Source: Gnetum montanum (lineage: Eukaryota > Plantae > Gnetophyta). From it: a stretch of DNA of 64,000 bases. The notes under the pieces are model-generated. The model was given only the letters and a program-made list of their open reading frames with translations. It was not told the origin of the DNA and ran no database searches. The DNA lies in the NCBI GenBank assembly GCA_015680685.1, contig MNCI01002585.1, forward strand, positions 452,105-516,104. The letters are read 5' to 3'. Below, piece by piece: positions 1 to 13,289 of the stretch (position 1 is its first letter; each line of letters opens with the position of its first letter). The position numbers and the translations under genes were made by a program.

Positions 1-754
1 GCAAACTAGGATTTTTGAAAAACTTTCAAAGTGGTGTTATGCTATTATGTTAATTTTTTATATGCATATGATTATAATGTTAGTGTAAAATTCTTGTTGA
101 ACTATGTTTCTTTGAAATGATTAGACTTAGAAAAAAAAATTTAGTAATTTTTTGTCCATGTGAATTGCTTTATATAGTTGTAGTTTCAATTGTTGATGCT
201 GCAGAGCTTCCATTTTGTATAGATAGTGTTGGCTTACTTTTCAGATTTCAATGGTCATGTGTAGAGTTCCTAGGGGTTATTTACATGTCATATGTTGGTT
301 TTTAATAGCTGTTAGAATTTTTTTTAAAAAAATTTAGCTAGCCTTCCTAGAGCTTTTACCACAACTGTTTCACTACAAATTGGGATTTCTAGTCAAAATT
401 TCATTAAACCTAGAATTGAAATTTTTACAACTATTTTTGTGTTGTTGGTCATGGGTTTGAATTTTTTATAGACTAGTTCACATAGTTTTATTTCTTATCA
501 TAAAAATGTTCTAATTCTATTATGCACATTTCAACCATGTGATTACCATCTTCATCAATATGTTGGTTTTCGATTAATTTTTATATGCAAAGTGTTGATA
601 ATTTAAATTTTAGATTTTTATTGTTTCAACCTTTAATTTAGTTGTTTTGATTTTGTATAGTGATGTTGACATTTCATTCATTATTTTTTGCTTACTATTG
701 TTGAATTATGCTTCCTGAGATGTAACGTTTTAATGGCTATTTTTAGCTATGTAG

Positions 755-3700
755 GGTCTTCTTGAAGCCCATCCTAATTGTGGTTGAGCTAGTTGGTCTC
801 TTATGCTACATAATAATTACACTAGAACCTAACAATCCACCTCTTGATGTGGTCCTAGATCATGGTTTTCTTTGGTTCAGATTAGGGGCTAGGGAGTTCT
901 TAGCATTCTTGCTAAAGAACTTTAGTGTGATGTTGTGGTCATCCTTGGCCTCTGACACTACAACAATGATTTTAGAGCTCTATCATTGAGTTCATGGTCA
1001 ATGATCCTACCACTTGTGTGAAAGGTGACCATCATGATGATAAGTACACCATAGGCACACAAAAGTTATTCCAAATTTGGGATATACGTGCGTTTATTTC
1101 ATACAATGAAAATAATACATTAGGCCACTTGGTTGTGATGTTGTTTGTCTGCTATTTTCATTAGGCCACTTGGTTTTGATAATTTTTGTTCTTTAGTTTA
1201 CATGTTGTAGGCATAGGGTAGATGATTCAGGACTAATCAAGAGTGATCAAGTCTTACCCTTGGTCCACATAGCATTGGAGGTTTTTGCACAAAGTTAAGT
1301 AGTGAGGTTTATGGTGTTGGAATAGCTAAAGGATGACTTTAGTAGGTATACCTCATACTACTCCCAAGTCTATTGCAAGTGCTTGGCCAATAAGACTGCT
1401 CATGATTGGTGGGGCCTTTGAGGCTTGGATGTATATGCATCCATGGCTCTTAAGTTTCCTACATTGCCTATACCAAGTAAGCAAAGTTAAAGTTTTATTA
1501 TTATTATTATTATTTAATATTTTTTGTTTATATAATGTTAACATTTTATGGTTGCTTAGTTACTTAGTTATCTAGGCACTAAGTGTTTGACTAATTTTAT
1601 TAGTATGGCTACAAGTTTAATTTTTAAATTTGTTACCTTTGTTTTTCCTTGGTTTTGTATGATGTGCCTATGCTAAAGCTGATGGATTTTTCACATTGTG
1701 TTATAGGTGCTACTCCAAAATCTACTATTGCCATGATCACTTCAGGACATGCGGAGGAAACACTCATCCTCAAGTGGGATGAAGTAGAATCAATGTAGCA
1801 TTGGTTAGCTAGCTAAGCACTTGAGACATTCAAGAGAGGATTGCCAATGCGGGTTTGCTAGATTTATTTGTGTTTCCTAGCCCATCCATGCCTAGTTCAT
1901 AGATGGTGAATGTCATCGACTCCTTTGACAAAGGAGTTAAGAAATTCATCATCCACGTTCATGGTGTGCCTATCACTTTAGCCATTAGTGATTCTACATT
2001 AAGAAACCTCTTTGGCATACATTGTGGTGGCATGAAGATTCCCATGAAGGTAGGGAAAGAGGTGGGTCATAAGAAGGAGGTGGATGAATGGCTTAACACT
2101 TGTTGTGGAAATGGTAGATTGTTTCTAGACTAATGCCAAGTCATAGAGGTTAACAATTTGTATCTATTATTCCATTCTAGGTTGTTTCCCATGTTGTTAT
2201 AGTAGAAAAAGGCTATCAACATTTGATAGGCTTCAACCATGAAAAAGGTCCTCACTAAAGATACAAAGTTCAATTGGGTTTCTCACTTGGTCTCTGGGCT
2301 ATGGGATGAAATCCTAAAATTTTGCAATAACCACACACATTTTGTATTTTTTGTAGCCTATTTAAGAAGGTTTTTAGAATTCTTGGTCATGAAGATGGAT
2401 GGAAATGGATAATTCATGATCCATCCCAATTCTCAAAACCTTGGGTAAAACACATTACTTTAGCCATGCAGGCTTAGAATTCACCAATTAAGGATATGGG
2501 GGAATTTTTGTTTATTATCACTAGGAGGTTTAGTGGTTCACATTGTTCTTTCCTTGATAGCATGGGGATTGAACCCCAAGTTGCCTGTGGAAGTGCTAAG
2601 AAGGCCAAGGAATTATTTTTAGAGGCCAATGATGTAGCCATGGCAAAGTTGAAGAGGGCTATGATGGAGGAGACAACATTGGTTGCGCAGTCAACATAGA
2701 AGAGGCTTTTCATTAAACTTGGCCAGACACATTCTAGGGTTATAGGTGTGTTCTATTTGCATTTTTTTCCTTAGTCATGTTGCATCTATATATTATGTTA
2801 TATGGTTATGTTTTTATTTGGTTTTATTTTAGACAAAATATGATAACTTATTCTATGTTTTGTCCTTCCATTCTTGTAGGAAGACAATAAGCAATAGCAG
2901 CTCAAGTAATAGAGGTGGAGAAAAAATTCCTAGAAGAAGAAGCCCTACAACAACATGAGAATGAAGGGCTATCTACTACAGCATTGGATAATTTGGATGC
3001 CATACTTGAAGATTCACCATTTGATGAACCTCCTTTGGACATCCAAGAAGGTCCTCTAGGTACTTATGGTCTTTAGTTTGTGTGTTTTAGGCTTATGATT
3101 TTATGTTATAATTTGTTTTAGCTTCCTAGTTATGTTGATGGCTATGCTTTGTTAAAACACTTGAGACTTTACCAAAGACATTTTCCCCCATGTTTTGTAT
3201 GAAACCATGGGCTAAGGCTCTCGATAAGACTAAGTTCATGCATGGTATGGTTGAAGACATGATTGATTAGTTGCAACAAATTACTCTTGATATTGGTAAG
3301 AACATTAGCAATATTTTGCCTAATTTGTTTTTTTGTCTATATGTTTTTTATATATGTATTTTTATTTTTTATACCCACATGATTTTAGTTGAAATTTTTT
3401 TGGCTACTTTTGTCATTTGTTATATTTTTGTGTATATTTTTGGCATGTTGTTTATAGTATCCAAGGTTGGATGGGACTTCAAATGCACCATTGAGCTTGA
3501 TGAGTTGCTTGAACTATCACCTAAAGTGGAGAATGTTCCATGAAGGTTATATGAGAGTGCTATTAAATATGCATTCTCATGTGCTAGGACTTCATGGAAG
3601 TGCCAACATTTCAATGAATTCCTATGGGAAAGAGTTGTAGCACTAGAAAAGGAGACTAAATAGTAGGTAGAGGAGATATAAGATCTTAGGGATTGTAAGG

Positions 3701-4474
3701 AGTTTGTAGAGGCCTAGGTGGCTAATAGACTCCTTGAAAACTAAGATGATTGAGTGGTCATGTTATTAGAATGTCATCCATGATAAGGTTTTTCTAGCTT
3801 GGAGCAACACTGAATAGAAGCTATAGATGGATATGTTGGCATGAAATGGTAGAGAGTGGTAGGACTATTGTGCTTGGGTCCTTAATTGGGGCAGAGCACA
3901 AAATGATCACAAGGAGAAGTACAAGGTTGAAAGGGAAAGTTACTTGAAGTGGTGATGGGAGGATTTTATAAAGAGCCACAAGTTGGAGATGTTCATGAAA
4001 GGAATCAACCCAAAGGATGCCTTCAAGTTGTTTAAAGGCTCTCTAGTGGTTTTTTATTCCCTCACTCCTTAGATTACCATTTCTTATAGGGAAGCAACTA
4101 CCACTACCCTTTCATGGAAGCCACCCTCATGGATTGACATGAGGAGAAGAACATCTTGACAAGTGTTAACCTTGGGGAAGTGGACTGGGAAAACATGGCC
4201 AAAGATCAAATTCTCTAGCATTTAGAGACTACTCTTTGGAACTTCCCTTTAGAAGATGTTGCACCTAAACCTTCCTAGGTTTGTTTTTTAAGTTTTATTT
4301 TATGATATTTTATTTTAGTTTTCATTTTGTTATTTGTTGTTATACTTTGGCTGCACAGGTTACTAATTAAAAGTTTTTTGTTTTATTTTGTTGTTGTAGG
4401 CACTAGGTGATAGTAGTGGCTTCAATGGTGATGACGTTGATGATGCTTCTCGTCCTCCTCTAGTTGTGCCTTAG
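755..4474 (+). pseudogene. Spliced antisense extra gene of Tat-like copy 1: FCP1/NIF-like HAD domain + PMD/Transposase_32-like domain + acidic/coiled-coil tail (many stops)
   Basis: ORF 762-989 reads LIVVELVGLLCY...WFRLGAREFLAFLLKNFSVMLWSS, followed by KLFQIWD...YNENNTL. GT-AG introns at 1477-1706 and 2746-2879. Exons are homologous to 28484-31900. Confidence 0.75.
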
Positions 4475-5279
4475 TCTTACTAGTTTTGTCATTTCTTTCA
4501 ATTATTATTGGTTATAGTGTTGATGTCATGGCTATTATATTTGGTCTCCATTGGCTATTTCTAGTGATTGCTAAACTATTGGGGTGGGTGAATTTTACTT
4601 ATTTTATTGCTACATAGTGTATCCATGGCTATTAGACTCTTATTTATTTTATTTGTTATTGTTAATTAAAATTTTTTCACACTGTGTGACTATGGCTATG
4701 GGTTATGGACACTCTCATTATAATAATTCTTTTAATTTTTTCCTATATGTTTTAGCATTTTTAGGTTTATGTATGTTATCCATATTTTGTGTTTTACTTA
4801 TATAATAAGGCTACATTGATAAAATATAAGGTTGTGAGGTAAAAATATTTGCAACATGTAAAATGTAAAGTAATTAGGCAAACAAAGTATAAACTAAGGT
4901 ATAACGACTGTAATAAAAACAAGGAATAGAGAGGTTACAAATGCATTGCCAATTTAAGGCCTTGGCAGGCCATGGTTTTGCTAGTTTTAGGCCTTACTGG
5001 GACATTAGTTTTTATAGTTTTTTTCTGCTTTAAAATTTTTATGGATTTTTTTAAGTTTTGAAATTTTTATGGTATTTTTATATTTTAAAAGGTAAGGTAT
5101 AAAAGAAAAAGGCAAATTGTAAATAAAGCATAAGTTGTAAACTATCTGCTAAGATACAAAAAAAATATGGTAAAGAAAAATTATGCGAGTAAGCAAAGTT
5201 TAAACTAGGATAAGAAAGTAAAAGAAAAGGTTACATTGTTATTGACATAGGGGCAAGCGAGTAGGGAACATACATCAAT

Positions 5280-8200
5280 TGTGCAACTATTTTCAAATCT
5301 TTTAGAGATTAGGAAAGGTGTAGGCTCTCCATTGCCCAATCTTATACTTCTCATTTCCCTTGCTCACCACGTTGAATGAAAGATCTTCCAATGGTGCATC
5401 CATGGTTTGATTGTTGTTGGTTTTGGCCTCATCTACTCTATGAGGCTTCTTGACTTCGTTCTTAATAGTATGAATCTCCTCTTGAAACTCCACTTTGAAC
5501 CCTTGCTCTTTGTTAATGTTGTTAACTGTTAAGAAGACCACATTGTCAACATGAATAATTATTTTACCTCTTTCATAAGGTAGGTGAATTTATTGGTGGA
5601 TGGGTGAGGAAACAACCTGTAATTGAGCTAACTAAGGTCTCCCTAAGATGAGGTTAAATCTTATTATCTCTTCCACCACCAAGAAGTTGGTTGTTGTGGG
5701 GAATTACTTCCCCACTATGAAGTTCAAAAAAATAGAGCCTTTTACAACAATCCATGATCCATTAAAGGATTTTAGAGTGGAGGTAGAAGTGTTTTGCATG
5801 TGTTTTGATAGGCCTAATCATTCAACAATGGTATAATGTATAAAGTTAGTTTCTTCTCCATTGTAAACATGGACCTTGTATTGCCCAATCCTTATAGTTA
5901 TGAAGAGAGGAGCCCTCATTGTCTCACCATCTTAAGGGTGGTTTTGATTTTGCTATTATGAAACACTAGTGCCATTGACTTCATTTCTTCCTTAAGTAAG
6001 GGTGGCACCATTGTTGCATGGATGAACTTCTCACTGGCAGGGATGTCCTCATTGATAGAAATTAAGATCAAAATTTTTACTAATGCTTCATGATGTGTAG
6101 TAGAAGTCATTACTAAGTTGTATAGGCTATGAGAAGTGTTCTTTTTTTTTTTGAAAGACTATTTAACCTATTTCATGGCATTGAGAAATTATTTGTCATT
6201 TGCGATAGGCTTCTCATTCTTATTGAATTTGACTTCCTCCATTTGTTCCAGGTTGCAAACTTTGTGTTTCAATGTTTGTGGTTTAATCTCCTTCCCCTTC
6301 TCTTGTTGTTTGGGGTCCTCCCTCAATTGATTGGTTGAGGTATTTTGAGCATTAGAGCCCATATGAATAGCTAAAATAGGTGTGAGCTTCAATGGGCCCA
6401 CCTCTTTCTAAGCCTTCACCTGGCTATTGTCTTTGGCCTTGGGTTTTGGTGTAGACTTCTTATGTTTTTAGTTAGGTAGTTTCTTGTTGTTGGGCTATGA
6501 AGAAGTCGTTACATTAGCCACCATGAGAGGACATTGTTCGATTGGGGTTGTAGGTTTGGTTGTAGCAGAAGGGAGTACTCTAATGATGAAGGGTTCTTTG
6601 GGAGATGTTAGTGATGGTATCCTACAACAAAAGGAGTCCTTGAACTAAATGAAGTGAAAGGGCCCCTTTCATTGCAAGGAGATACCTAAATAAAAAATGT
6701 ATCCTTAGTAGGTCTTGGATTGTTACTCATGTTAAATGCCACTATCATGTATGGACTATTGTTTGCATTCAATGGGTCTTTGCATACTTACATTGATTGG
6801 TATTGTGACCTAACTATGTTGGAAGCATTAAGCACTGGCTCATTGTTATCTATCATCTTTTGCAAGTCATACTTTAGGGCTAAACAAAAATTGGTATCAT
6901 GACCTAGCAACTGATGGTAGTGACAAAATTGGTTAAGTTTAAAGTACTTCGGTATAGGTGGATAATCCTTGGTTGCCAGAGTGGGATCCTTAGTAATTTT
7001 GCAAAATCAATCATGCCTCTTGTGGACATTCTCAGTCATTTGTTTGTATTGGATTCTATCACTCTTGAGCAACTGTCCAAGAAGTTTTAATGATTTTAGT
7101 TTTAAAGTAGTGTACTTCAATCGATCTTTCCTCTCAAAGTTAGATCTTGTATGGTTGGATGTAGAGACCCCTAATATTGATGGTTTGTTGGTTGTAATAG
7201 GAGCCTTGAATTAGCTTGTTTTGACCCCTATGTAGCTTTATTATCTTTGGCCATAGTGGCCATGGCTACATGGTTTCTTTTCCCCCTCTCCTTGTCCTTC
7301 CATGTGTGTTGATTCTTGTATACTATATAGGCAGGGTCATGGTTGGCCTCAACAAAAACCTCTATGTTCTTAGTCTATGAGAAATCTTGGCTAAGGGTTT
7401 GTGAGTCCAAGTAATATAATTTAGACTTGATGAAGTCATTAACTGCCTCCTTAATAATGGCTAGAAGGTGAATTTTGGCTATAGGTTTAGGAATCTTGTT
7501 GAGTAGATAATTTCATCATTGGATGAATTTCTAGACAAGTTCAAGAGGCCCCTATTTGATTTTCATTAGTTGGTCTAGGGTGGTATGGTTTCAAGTTATA
7601 CTTAAAATGATTCACAAACTATGAAATCAAGTCTTTTAGAGAGGTGATAGATCCTCTAGTAATGCATTGTACTAGTCTAGTGCTTTTCTTATAAGTGACA
7701 TAGGGAAGATTCTCATGATTGTATGGGGCCAAGCCTATAGCAATAGACATTTAAAATGGAAGGTGGTAAGGTATGCATTGGGATCATCCTCACTTTTGCA
7801 TTTAGTGAATTGTTATATAGGAATGCCTAGGGGAAGAGTAATTTGTGGGATGGTTGGACTAATCTGATCATCTTGATAAAAGTCCATTATCTTTAGCATT
7901 TGTGTAGTAGAGGCCTTGAGTTTACATAACTCTTTTGTGAGATCTTGAATCATTTGAAGGCTTAATCTAAGCCTTAGGGTACTTTGGTAGGTTGTGGAGT
8001 TTTCACGAATAGTTGTGGAGTGAGTTGAGAGGCATTTGGCCTTGTGATGGGTAATGGTAGAGAGGGAAAAGGTTGAGTTATCATTGTTGTAGGAGGAATA
8101 AATAGTGAAAGTAAAGTTTGCGTAGGTACTTGAGGGACAAAGGAGGTGAATGGGGTATAAGACACTTGGATCACCTGGGATCCCATTGAGAGGCCCATTG

Positions 8201-8890
8201 GTATGAAGAAGGGATGAGTAGTGGTGAACACCAAAAATGATGGCCATGTAGATTGAGGCTGTGTGGTAGAAGACATGGAAGAGACAAGAGAAGTTGATTA
8301 AGGCATAGGTTGTACTTGGTGGGTGGCTATGATGGACATTGATCCAAACATAGTAGGGTAACTAGGAGGAGAAGAGGGTTGGGACACTTTCTCCATGGAC
8401 AAGATATGAGAGGTTAAACTAGGTGTAGTGGTCTAGGGAGTTGATTGTTGGAAAAGAATCCCTATGAAGTTGTTAGGCTTAGGTTTGATCTCAAATTCAT
8501 CATGTTCCTCATGGTGGCTCTTTGAGTTAGCCTCCTCACCTAGCTCATCCATCTCAATTAGTTGGGAAAGTGTGCATGTGTGGATGTCATTATATTTATC
8601 TTGTCATAAGGGGAGGGGATGTACTCCTTTCCTTTTCTATAGATCAATTCAAACTCATGCTTGGACTTAGAGTCTGTGCATGTGATGAGCAAGCTAGCTT
8701 AGATTTTGATGCATATGAAGTTGTAATATTTTTCATTTATGATTGCAAAATTTGGGCTTTGGCCCCTTTGTCTAAGTGATTGCCTACATTCAATGATAGC
8801 TGGATCCTTTGAGTCATATGTGCTTACAACATCTTGTTTTGAGGTCATTTTAGTCAAGTTAATTGGCAACATAGTTGACTTGCTAAAATG
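5280..8890 (-). pseudogene. Gag-aspartic protease remnant of Tat-like copy 1
   Basis: Fragmented ORFs 7813-8247, 5916-6110, 5302-5541. A zinc-knuckle-like FCHYHQLLGHDTNFC lies near 6885-6930 and a protease-like VHVYNGEETNFI near 5840-5875. All are colinear with copy 2. Confidence 0.8.
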
Positions 8891-9229
8891 CATTAACTAG
8901 ATATTCAATCTAATTTTTGAATTAATAATCCCAATAGATGGAACTAAACAAGGTATAAATGGTTTTAGCTATGAAAGATGGTTAAAACTACAATTGCAAG
9001 TGCAGTGCAAGTGATAGTGGTAGTGGTATGTACTACACCGATAAAAATTTAAATTTAAAAAATTTCAAAATTTTTCAAGTCTTAAAGTGCAAGGGACAGA
9101 GGCTTGCACTACAATTGGTCACAGAAGAAATTGGTTTAATAAATGTTAAAGTTAGGTTTTTAGCTTTCACACTTCTCACTTCATCCAACCTACACTAGGA
9201 AATATGCTAGCTATCTTTTGTAGGTGAAG

Positions 9230-9730
9230 TACATTGGCCTTTCCAACAATAAATATGTTGGGTTTCTGCAAAAGATATGTTGGTTTCCTAGTAGAAATAT
9301 GTTGAGCACACAAAAGTATGTTGGGTTTTTGTTGTGAAAAATGATATGCTAGTTTAAAGAAAATAAGCTAGGTTTTGGTTTTGGAGTATAAGATATGCTA
9401 AGTTGGCTTTGAAAAGATATGTTGGGATTTTCCCAACAAAATAGACATTGGTCTAAAAAAAATAAGTTAGTTTGGCTTTGCCAATAATATGGTGGTATTT
9501 TTTCTTATGGGAAAAAATATACTAGTTATGGGAAAGATATGATGGATATCAAGAGATACGCTAGTGGTTCCTTGATAGATGTGCTATGCTTTTCCAAGAA
9601 ATCCAATAGAAACAATTTTAGAGTAAAAAGTGGATGGTAATTGGAAAAAGTATGCTAGCTTTTGGCAATCCTAAAGGCAGATTTAAATTAGCATAAAATG
9701 TAGGTTCCTTCAAAAGATACGTTGGTTTTG
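9230..9730. repeat. Degenerate short tandem array (core ~AGATATGYTRG) in 5' UTR of copy 1
   Basis: More than ten recurrences of atatgttgg/atatgctag at roughly 20-35 bp spacing. A related ~30-bp array lies in the LTR at 10680-10810. Confidence 0.6.
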
Positions 9731-9952
9731 GAAAAGTCCAGCAACTCTTGTGATATTTTGGCAACACCTAAACTAACTGCAATAAGTACATTGAGTAAAA
9801 ATTGTAGGAGAATAGATGTCTATGCTGGTTTCCTTGGCCAAGTTTTAATGCAAATTTGAAGGTTTTAATTTGTAAAAAAAAAATTGAATAGGATAGAGTA
9901 GGGTTGGACAAAGAATTTCGGCAGAGATGCTCCTTTTAGTGTTAGAAACTAT

Positions 9953-10995
9953 TGCATCGGAAAAATTTGGTGTTAGAAAACTAAAGCTCTCAGGTGGAAT
10001 AATTTAACCTTAGATTCTAAGGACCTTTGAAAAGAGGATCCAAGATGTCCTGGATAAACTTGTTGATTTCCTAGGGACTTAGAAATTGTAAAAAAGTTTA
10101 GACAAATTTAAGAAATTGTAGATATGATACTAGAGATCATACAAAAAATAAACTTGAAGTGTAAGATAATAAGCTTATAATACACAAATGAACTACCTAA
10201 ATTTTATTAAAATAATAAAATGTTGGAGAGAATGAGTTCAAAATGTATACAAGTTATGTTCTTAGACGCATAAGGAGCTTCATGGATGTTACTTAAAGTC
10301 TAGTGAAACTAATAGATTGTGTCTTGTAGTTAGTTGCTCTATCCAAGTGCTCCCAAGCTTGAGTTTCCAACACTTCTTGTTGGTTCCTAGGTATATGTTT
10401 GTTGCGTTGGTGTTGAAAAAATGGTGGAATAGTTGCTAGACTCTTGGCAATGTGCACTATGCTGAAATTCTTAATGATTAGCTCCAATGCTCAAAAATAC
10501 TCAAAATGCCAAAATTCCCCTCAATATGTTTGAATTTCGTTAATATAGGCTACATGGTTACTCATTTGATGCTACCAATCGTCTGCCATAATTATTGATA
10601 GATTGATTCAATTTGTAGGTTTTGTAGGTCCTTCATGTCCAGCATATCTTTCAAATTTTGTAAGTTTTATGAAAAACATTTTGGTTTTAGCTTCTCCTGT
10701 TAAAAGTACTTTGGTTTAGCTTCTCCTGGTAAAAGTATGCTGGCCTTAGCTTCTTCCAACAATATTATGTTGGCCTTCAATTTGCTCTAGGATAAATATG
10801 TTGGCTTTGATGTGAACATTGAAACCCATTAAATTAATACACTAGCTACAAGTTGTTCCAACATATTAATTTCCATAGGCAACATAAATGCCATAAAAAG
10901 CTCAAATTTGGCAACTCCCAAGGCATTTCTAGCCTTTCCAAGCCTAAGTACATACCTAATATAGCCTTTTTCACTTGGGAAGTGAGGTGACAACA
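9953..10995 (-). repeat. 5' LTR of Tat-like copy 1 (approximate ends)
   Basis: Begins TG next to a decayed PBS (minus TAACACTAAAAGGAGC). 9960-10085 resembles the U5 end of copy 3 (53190-53310). Ends ...GTGACAACA. Confidence 0.55.
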
Positions 10996-13289
10996 ATTTA
11001 TGAGGCATTTTCCAACCTCAATAAGTTAAAGTATGTGAGATTACAACCCATGAATTGTGAACCACACATTTGACAACAAGATATTACCTCAAATTCAATG
11101 ATGAAGGTCATGACTTGCAACATAAATTTTCTTAGTGGTGTTTCAATGTGTTTGAATGGTTAACTGGAAAGAATTGTTAAATTCATTAGCCTTTATTTAT
11201 TTATTTAGTTAAAATGTGATCAATTATTATTTTTCTTACCCTTAATATGTTCTTCTAGGTGTTAGAAAAATTTAAAGTGAATCACATACACCATGCACAA
11301 TACTCTCCCCCATGACTAAGTTGGTCACTTCGTGAATAAAAGAGTTTAAGAATCACTCAAATTGGAGTTATAGTGAGGAAGTTATGAAGTTTGAAAGTTT
11401 GGGTGTCAGAGGGTTAGAAAAACAACATGAAATCTATGCATGAAATGAGAGAAATGAAAAATTTTCTAACTCATCATGTGTATATAGGTTTTTATCAAGG
11501 ATACATATAGATACTACATCATGGATGTGATATCGTAGGGACTAATACATTGTATCTACAATATCATCTTGAAAATTTTCAATATTTTGAGTGGTTTCTG
11601 ATGGAAAAATTAAGTGAATTGGATAATTTGGAAGGTATAGAGATGGTCTGAAGGGTTCTTAGTCATAGGTGATGCTTAGAATGTAATAATTTATAATAAA
11701 AAATATGTGATAGAAGGAATTTGGAAAAGGTGAGTCGATTAAGCTTTATAGAAGATTGTTATCAAAAATTGCTGAATGTATGATCAAAGATAAGTAGATA
11801 GGAAAGTAATAATGATCTCTTAAGTGTTCTAGAGGCATAGGATGATGTGGAATAGGTACTCAGGTATGAAGCATAAAAGTTATACAAGTGGATCCTCCCT
11901 AAAGTAGGCTCTAGCCCTTAGTGCCTTTGTATAACCACACCTTCAAGTGTTCATAAGCATTCAAGGGGTTAAATGTGAAGCATACCTATCTTCCAAAACA
12001 TACATGTTATTATTTCTTCAATGAGAGAATAACATTATTATACAAAAACATTAAATTATAATTGTATATAGCAATGAGGTTGAATGGGAGTAGCAAGGAT
12101 TGCAGAAAATAGGATGTGAGGTGTCTTATCATAGGCATAATTAATTCTATATGTGATGTATAATTAAAGTAATCATTAGCCATTTTGTCTAAGATCCAAA
12201 CCAAGTCCATATCACGTATCACTAAAACTGCATTGTATCATCCCAAAACTAATAACCACAAGACTATCACAACTGCAAGGAGTATTAGCACTTGGCAATG
12301 AGGTTCAAGAAAGTAGTTTATTAATAGCATACTTTATTTTTTCAAAAGAGACTTGATGATTAGATAAAGGAGTGTCTTCAAGCATGGGCAACATGTCTTT
12401 CTAGCCCCATAACCAATGCGAGTCTAAGAAACCTTAAAATTTCAAAGAATTTGCCTACCTTCAAGCATGGATAATATGTATTTCGAGTGGAACCCGTAGA
12501 AATTTTTATTCTATGAATTTATTATGTTATTAATATGTCAACCTTATCAAAGGACTACCTTTAGACATGGATAACATGTCTTTCCATTGACATTATAAGG
12601 CAACACTTATTTTATATATATTTCCATTTTTGTTAGAACTCAAGTAAATAATACCACTTAACAGTAGGATAAGACTCATAGTAGTAGCTTTAGAGAATCC
12701 ACAAATACCCTTGATGTCACATCCTTTTTAATCCCACTTGGTTATTTTGTTTTCTATCTAGGCATAATGATCATAAGTTTATTTTAGTTTTATTGTAAAA
12801 AGAATATCATTATGTCCATGGTAAGAATCTTTTATTATTGGAAATGAGTGGATGGATGATGTGGGCCCACTACATATATAATCAATCCTTTATTGATTTG
12901 ATAACATAGTGTAAAATTCTCATTGTTTGGACTACATGTTGTTTTATTCCTTTATAGTTTTTTGAAAAATTGAAAAAAAAAGTACATGAAAGATAAAAAA
13001 AATCATGAAAAAATGGTAAGAATAGAAAAATTTCTAAATAATTTGAATGATATTAAACAATGAAAAATAACTAAGAAATGGAAAAAAGTATAAAATAATG
13101 GAAAAGATATTAAAGAATATAAAAGTTTGTAAGAGATGAGAAAAATATAATAAGAATTGAAAAGGAGGATTTGGTGCCTAAGTGTCAAATTTGACATCTC
13201 CATGAATATTACTAAGAAAGGATATTTGAAAGATTGAATGCACAATAAATGATTTTGAAAACATGGTACAGTCCTTGAAAGGGTAAGGA

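Larger units (their letters stand above)
1..10995 (-). mobile_element. Tat/Ogre-like Ty3/Gypsy LTR retrotransposon, copy 1 (5' half; old, AT-drifted; runs off window start)
   Basis: Minus-strand gag/protease remnants are colinear with copy 2 (e.g. MDFYQDDQISPTIPQITLPLGIP vs MDFYQDDPINPAIPDLMLPLGMS). It has a decayed PBS at 9929-9944, an LTR-like block at 9953-10995, and the same antisense extra gene downstream of protease. Confidence 0.85.

Noticed and set aside
3271-4805. Hydrophobic short ORFs (3271-3543, 4584-4805; similarly 13003-13245, 20556-20956) as membrane or env proteins
   Set aside because: Expected from T-rich introns and AT-drifted DNA; no homology between copies.
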